64,000 nt of DNA, taken from contig JAYWIR010000008.1 of the NCBI GenBank assembly GCA_036172245.1, positions 744,001 through 808,000 of the forward strand, written 5' to 3'. The position numbers and the translations under genes were made by a program. Positions 53,201 to 64,000 of the stretch are shown piece after piece (position 1 is the first letter of the stretch; each line of letters starts with the position of its first letter). A model generated the notes under the pieces. The model was not told the origin of the DNA. It searched no databases and saw only the letters and a list, made by a program, of their open reading frames with translations. Source of the DNA: Raillietiella orientalis. Its lineage: Eukaryota.

Positions 53201-55189
53201 GGGAAAAGACACCCCTTTCTATCACAACTGTTATGGCAGATTTGCTAATACCATGAGATGGATGAACAGCATGTAAAATGTGGATATGAAAACATAGAGG
53301 ACCTACTTTTTGTTAGCCTTACATAGGGTCACAAATCACAACAAAATGCAAGAAAACCAAAAGAATCGCCCAGCCCTACACATGCTTAGAGCGGAAATCC
53401 TTCACTGCCAAACCACTAGAGACTTATATCAAGCATTCATGATGTGACTGCTGTTTCATGTATTAGTAAAATTATTCCAGATAATGTGTTCTTGAAATTG
53501 CTACTTTGAGAAGAAGCCACGCATATTAAGAATAATTTCAGGCTGACACACGATTGTGTTGTGAAAGCACTTTAGGAGTTGAACTCTTTTGCTTATGCTG
53601 GAATAATCAAGATAATACAAATTATGATAATACCAATGTCTCGATCTTACTGAATAAACACCAGAATGCAGTTATATGTACATAAAGTCGTGCATTTTAG
53701 AAAATTCAGAGTGCTACATTCAATAACATCGGGTTGTATTTTGCATCACCAAGATTGTTTTGGAACTTTGCATGCATGAAAGCACTGTGGTAGTTGTTAA
53801 TAACATGCTATTTTATAGCACCAAACAGTTCCATTTTTTGTTCCAGTGTTACTCCAATTTCCCTTTTAGGGAAAGCAAGTTTTTTATGCAATTCACTATG
53901 TAATTTCCTATTTTTTTTGCTTGGATCTTATGTCGACGTACGCCATTTCCATTATACATTTCCCCCCCCCCCATTCCTTGCATTTGGTCTACATTTACTC
54001 TACTTAAAAAATTCTTCACAAATTCATTTTTTCAACTTTTTTACGGATTCACCTCTAAGAGTAAGAATCTCTGATTTCGTTTTACGTTTCCATTTTGTTT
54101 AACTTTATCCATCATGTACCACCTACCAAGGAAGCAAAAGAATCTACTGATTCAGAAGAGGTATGCTCATCGCTAAGAACTGTAGCACTAACCGACAGAC
54201 AAAAAGATGCGACATTAGGCAGGCTGAGACAAACCATTTCAGCAAGAAGAATGCACTGCGATTCCCAAATTCCCAAATTAGCAACTTTAAAAGCAAAACA
54301 AATTTAATTATAAGTAGTCATTTAAAAGTCTTCAAGTGATTTTCACACTTTTCTCTTGTTATGTTTTAGAGGCAATAAAAATTCCAAAAAAACTCACTTG
54401 CACAAGATAACAAGATGAATTACGAATTATATTTTGATTTCTAAATGCATACTTACACAAAGTAATGAATGATAGAAATATCACATCAGAAATTGACCCA
54501 TTTAATTCTGAGCTTTTATTGAAAAACCAAAGTATTTTAATGTCTGCAGTACTTACAGAGTTGCATTAACAGCACTGATGAAGTGGAGATAAGCTAGAAA
54601 CAATGCACATGTTTCAGATAGTGCTCCTACAATCAATCATATCAAAATGTTCCAAAAAGAATTCAAAATAACACAAGTATGCTAATTTCTTTATATGCAT
54701 CACATAAATTATCAGATTGAAAATTTATTTCTAACCAAATCAGACAAATGGACTCTGCTAATATTTGTTGAAATCTGAACCCTTACTTATTGCTAGTAAG
54801 TTGTCATTGTCAACAATTAGGGCAGATCTCTTAATTCGTTGCTTTATTTGAGCAACATGTCCACACATTCACTTATAATGATGAGTTTTCAAAACTACTG
54901 CTGCTGATAAATCAACTACATTTAAATGACTCACAAACCATTACCTACACCATACTACTGCTTCAATGAAGATAATAAGAGAACAGGTTCATCATGTAAT
55001 CATAGCCCACTGGAATAAAACAATTATACATTAAACTCATGAAACTGTAAATGCAAGAAATCAAATCTCATTTGGACCTTAACTTTTTATAAACTTTAAA
55101 AAACAATGCACCTGCATCAAGCAGACAAGAAAGGAAACACTTCATACATGGAAAATTACCAGCAAAGCGAACTGTGTCCTTTATGCTCC

Positions 55190-59635
<4,446 letters not shown>

Positions 59636-62600
59636 GAGTTCAACATTGTGCGAGGTTGGTACTTTAAGTAGTGTAAATTATGGTCAACAGATACCAACTA
59701 CAGTTTTATTTAAGTAATCCAAAAAGTCCGTGGTCTTTACTTAAATCACTTGCCTTGGCAACTAATTCCGCTCAGTGTTTTATATTGGATTACAGTTTCT
59801 TTCAAAGGAATAAAACACCAGAATCCTGGGATGACATTGGGCTACGACCTATCCAGCAGCAATACATAGGTTGCCAACACATGTTGAGCAAATAATTTTT
59901 AAAAATCGCTTGAGTTACTAAATTTTAAATGTTACAAGCAATGAAACTGGAACATGAATTACTGATATATCAGTCACATGATTATTTACTATGCGATTGT
60001 TAACTGACCGTTATTGAATTTCATACTCACTTTCACTTCTGCAGTTATTTCGATCGGGAGAATAAGATCGGTATTTGTAATAACTCTTTTATCCAAAAAA
60101 GCTAAAGCAAAAAAGCAAAAGGAATTATCATTTAGCAAGAAATACTAACATATTTCAAAGACAAAGCAGAGATCCAAGACAATATTTGAGAAGACTGGTT
60201 TTCAGTATTTTCAAAAGACTAGTGATTTTCACATGGGCTATGCACCATGTGGAAATGAGACAAGAAAATGAGGCCAAAAGCATAGCCTAAAAGCAATCGA
60301 AAATAATTTGCAAATTATCTAAACTAGCAATAATCTCCCCATACCAAACAATGCAAAAGTCTACCCTGAGATAAACTGTGTGCCATTTGTACTGTTGAGG
60401 TACTTATGCCTTCAGCTCTGTCTCTTCTGTGAGGTTTTGCGTAAAGGGATTCTTCGTGAGATAATCTTTAGAATGTAAGGAAAATGGAGCATATCTCCTA
60501 TTTCATTGGAAAGCATGCTATAAATGAAAATTAGAAACTAATTCAATACCAATTCTAGCACATTTTGCAAAATGACGGGCCTACATGTACAACTGTTAAT
60601 AGTTCCAAATCTCTCTAGAAAGATCATTAATCTAGCCATATATACATGGTATTCATATATGTCATGACCACTAGATAAAAATTCCACTGCTTAGTGTCAC
60701 GTGCATTAAAAGTTCATACTGAACCCTAAAACAAGCTATTCATTTGAAAACTTCACTGTATTTTATTATTTTATTGTTTACTTTGATTGTATAATTTCCA
60801 AGAAGGATAACCCATTTACAAGGAACAACGATTTGTTCATTTTAAAACAATTGCCTTGTCAAGAATTAGTGGAAAATTCTGGGAAAAATCCCTGTTCTGC
60901 ATAATCAGAAATAACCTCTTGATATAACAGAACATAGATGTATGTATGATGGTAAAAAATGATTCCCAAAACAGAAAAAACATCTGTGCAAATAGATAGC
61001 TGGCATGGAATGTAAGAAATATCGGAGAATAGAAAGTATCATGAAATGGATTCTACTTGCAAGGAAAGAACTCGCAGAAATTTCAACTCCCAGAAATTCG
61101 AAAATCAGAAATTCTCAGAAAGTGACACTCTTCTGAAACAAACATGAAATTTCGTTTTGCCATTTTTAGAAATCGCCCTCTTAATGCTGCATTGTTTGAT
61201 CGTGCCTTTGGCAGAATGCAAACGAACAATTATTAGTGGATTTTATTTATTTGAATTCAAACGTAATCAGTTTCGAAACTGTGTCATTCGATTAGAGCAA
61301 GAAGTCGCTACAATGACATTGTTGGGTCAGTGTGACCGATGAAAGTTTCCGGCTGACTGAATTCCTCATCTTCCTAGCGAGCTCGTAATTGAAAGTTAAG
61401 TAATTAGACACTTTAGGCATCTTCGATCTGGAGTCCTTAATTCCACAAATATTTAAACAAGGAAATATTTGAATTGGTTTACGATGTCCCGCAATATTAA
61501 GGCCACCAAAAACAATATTCCCAAATTAAAAGAACATGTGCCATTACTTGCGTTTATGAAAGATCAACGGATACCAATACATAAATGGTAAGAACGATTT
61601 CGAATAGGAAAATGAGATTGAAATTACTGTCGCTTAACTTGGAGTGAGTAGTCGAAGAAACTGGAAAGAAATATTGCATAAAAGCAGAGTAGTGGAAAGA
61701 GTAATCTTCATTTAAAGTGAATACAAGTTTTGCACAAATATAATGATGGATGTAAGTGCTCTATAACAGTCTTAGACTTTATATGCAACATACGATCGTT
61801 ATCCAAAAGCACTTAACGCCTCATGATGATATGCCAAACTCTATTTGGACTTTATGTTCCTGCGGTTAGGTTTTGTATACAGCACACGTCATTCTTTTAA
61901 CGATACATGAGTGTTGATAATGTTGGTTTTTATTTTGTAAAAAGATGGCATAGATTTGAAGAGGTTCACTGTGTATATACATATTTCTTCACATCTTAGT
62001 GAGCTAGAGAAAAAGAATTTACTAATTCGTTTTTAAAGTGCAGATACAGATCTATATGATGCGAACAAAACAAAATGCAAACGATAATCCACAAAAGTGC
62101 TGTAAAAGTGTCATGATCTTCGTGCTTTAATTTCTCTTTTTACATTTTCAATTCTGCAATGGCGTGCTCAAACGTGCATGATGGAAAACTTTTAAGCACG
62201 AGAAAATGAAACACTGCCTTTATTAATAAACTTTGGTGTTTACACTGTGGAACGTCTTCTAATTGTGAATATGCATGCAGCACAAATACTTCCTATCGTT
62301 CATATACATCAATACACTTTCTAAATGAGAAAGACTTAACGGAATGCTAGAAGATGCCATGATTAAGCATGAATTTTAAGCAAGCGTGTAGGTGGGTTTG
62401 TACCTACGTGAATGATAATCTTGATTGAAAAATGCTGTTTTCATGAACACATGTATAGATAGATACATTCGTATGTATCTGTGTATGAAATTGTCAATGT
62501 TCTAATGACACCTACGTCTACAGCACATATAAACTCTTTAGTCTGTTAAAATTCCTTTTATAACCGACGATTCGCTATGCTTTTTCCTCGGTTCCATTCG

Positions 62601-64000
62601 GGATTCGGGAGTTCAGTTTTCCTGAATAGAAGTTTTCCGATTTCCTGACACTACTGAGATCAACCCCTTTGGTTGTTCCAAACTATTGAAATCTGACATA
62701 AAGAGTTCTTCCTTGCTTGCCCATGAGAGTCGCTCAAATGCAATACTTTTCCAATAAGTCAACTAACGCCTTCGGAATCTTTGAATCCTCACCAGTCCAA
62801 GTACGGCGTAAATGCATACATCGCCTATGGTGCCCCGGAGTTTCGCAACTTTGTAGGTTTACTCATTGTATACACTAGCCCTTTCCTTCGTGAACAGCTG
62901 AGGATACGTTCCGTTGGGTCGGTTGTGCAGTAGGATGGCATTGATGAAAGGTTAAAAATGCACTGTAAAATGGCACAGCGCTGGATTATTTCACTACTTC
63001 GCCTCAAAACAAAAAGTAAAAACGTTAACAGCATTTCTTTACCAGTTAGCTTCAAATGGAAAAAACGGGGCTTCCGGACTTTGGTTGACACCAAATCATT
63101 CCTGCGGTTCTGGCGCTCTCCTGCTGCTGCTACCGGAAACGCTCAAATCTGCTCAAATCAGGTGCTGGCGTTCCCTTTGACAGCACGAGTCGTCACGATG
63201 CCGCGTGGCCGGTCTGCCACCCGAGCGCGAGGACTGCCGCCATCTTTTTCTTTCCGTCGCGTCACGCGGATCCGCGTCGCACGGGATCTGCCGTATATTT
63301 TTTTCAATAATGGCAAGCCTGCGAAAAACATATTCCGGAACTAAGGGCAGCCTCCCACCTTATGCATTAAAGACACCGCATTAATACTAGTGGAGACAGA
63401 GTAACACATACCCGTTTCATTTACAAGATCACCATATTCCAAGAAATGTTCCTCCACCTGTGGTCAAGATTTCGATGCGTGGCTTTTTTTTTTTTTTTTG
63501 AATCAACAGAAGCTGAGACGATAATCATTGTTTTTGAACCGCCGTTTCAGTCGAGTTTTGCCCCGTTACAGCGGTCATTTTCAACAGAAATGGAGCGAGT
63601 GCACACCGACGCACCCATGCGTTTGCATCGCACATGAATTCAATTAAGTCGGTGAAGACCTCTTGTGCCATGTGTTACCACCACCCCATTGGCATCAACC
63701 TCAGAATCAGTCGCGTCGACTTGGTTCATCAGTCGCACGAATCTTTCTTCCGCTCACGTCCCTGTTCTCGCTGCATAATGGCTGCATGTGTTCCTTTTCA
63801 GGAGTCGGACGTTGGAACGAATATCTTCCAGTTCAGATCTGGGAACGCAGCTAAATCCAGGCAAGGTGTGCCTCATCAATCCTTGGAAAAACTGCTCATT
63901 TTGGTGTAGAATTAAGATGACTCTTGACTTCCAAATTCAACCTCATTTCTCTTTACGGACCAAAACGAGGTCGCTGTTTACACAGTAGCACGCAGGCAAG

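Noticed and set aside
60215..60229. AAGACTAGTGATTTT, a 15-nt match to miR-7
   Set aside because: The seed end is wrong (CAAAAG instead of TGGAAG) and there is no hairpin partner.
61006..61027. TGGAATGTAAGAAATATCGGAG resembling miR-1 (identical seed)
   Set aside because: There is no complementary arm upstream to form a pre-miRNA hairpin, and it has indels relative to the highly conserved mature miR-1.

Overview
Eukaryotic (animal, most likely arthropod) genomic DNA with two very different halves. Positions ~1-30,000 are largely GC/CpG-rich (by eye ~60-67% GC at 1-7.4 kb, 9.9-16.7 kb and 23-30 kb) and full of polypurine/polypyrimidine tracts. They contain no protein-coding gene I can recognise; the many ORFs there look like GC-content artefacts. 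They do hold a 181-bp dispersed duplication, a 74-bp tandem repeat, several RFX X-box-like and CRE motifs and a few orphan candidate exons. Positions ~32,000-62,000 are AT-rich and hold three intact spliced housekeeping genes, which I reconstructed exon by exon: ARPC1 (+, 7 coding exons, 383 aa), Ars2/SRRT (-, 18 coding exons, ~880-885 aa) and AMPK catalytic alpha subunit (-, 12 coding exons, 519 aa). The most notable points are as follows. (1) Ars2 has two mutually exclusive in-frame terminal exons, each carrying its own cap-binding-complex-type R-x4-Y-x-D-[LW]-D motif. (2) The Ars2 intron after 'EEW' contains two in-frame internal start codons and a candidate poison cassette, resembling the intron-5-derived cytoplasmic ARS2 isoforms reported in mammals. 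(3) AMPK-alpha has an N-terminal His11 tract like yeast Snf1. (4) 27 introns are only 39-57 nt long and include GC donors, AAG/GAG acceptors and skipped proximal AGs, suggesting length-dominated intron definition. All gene models were derived manually, without transcript evidence.
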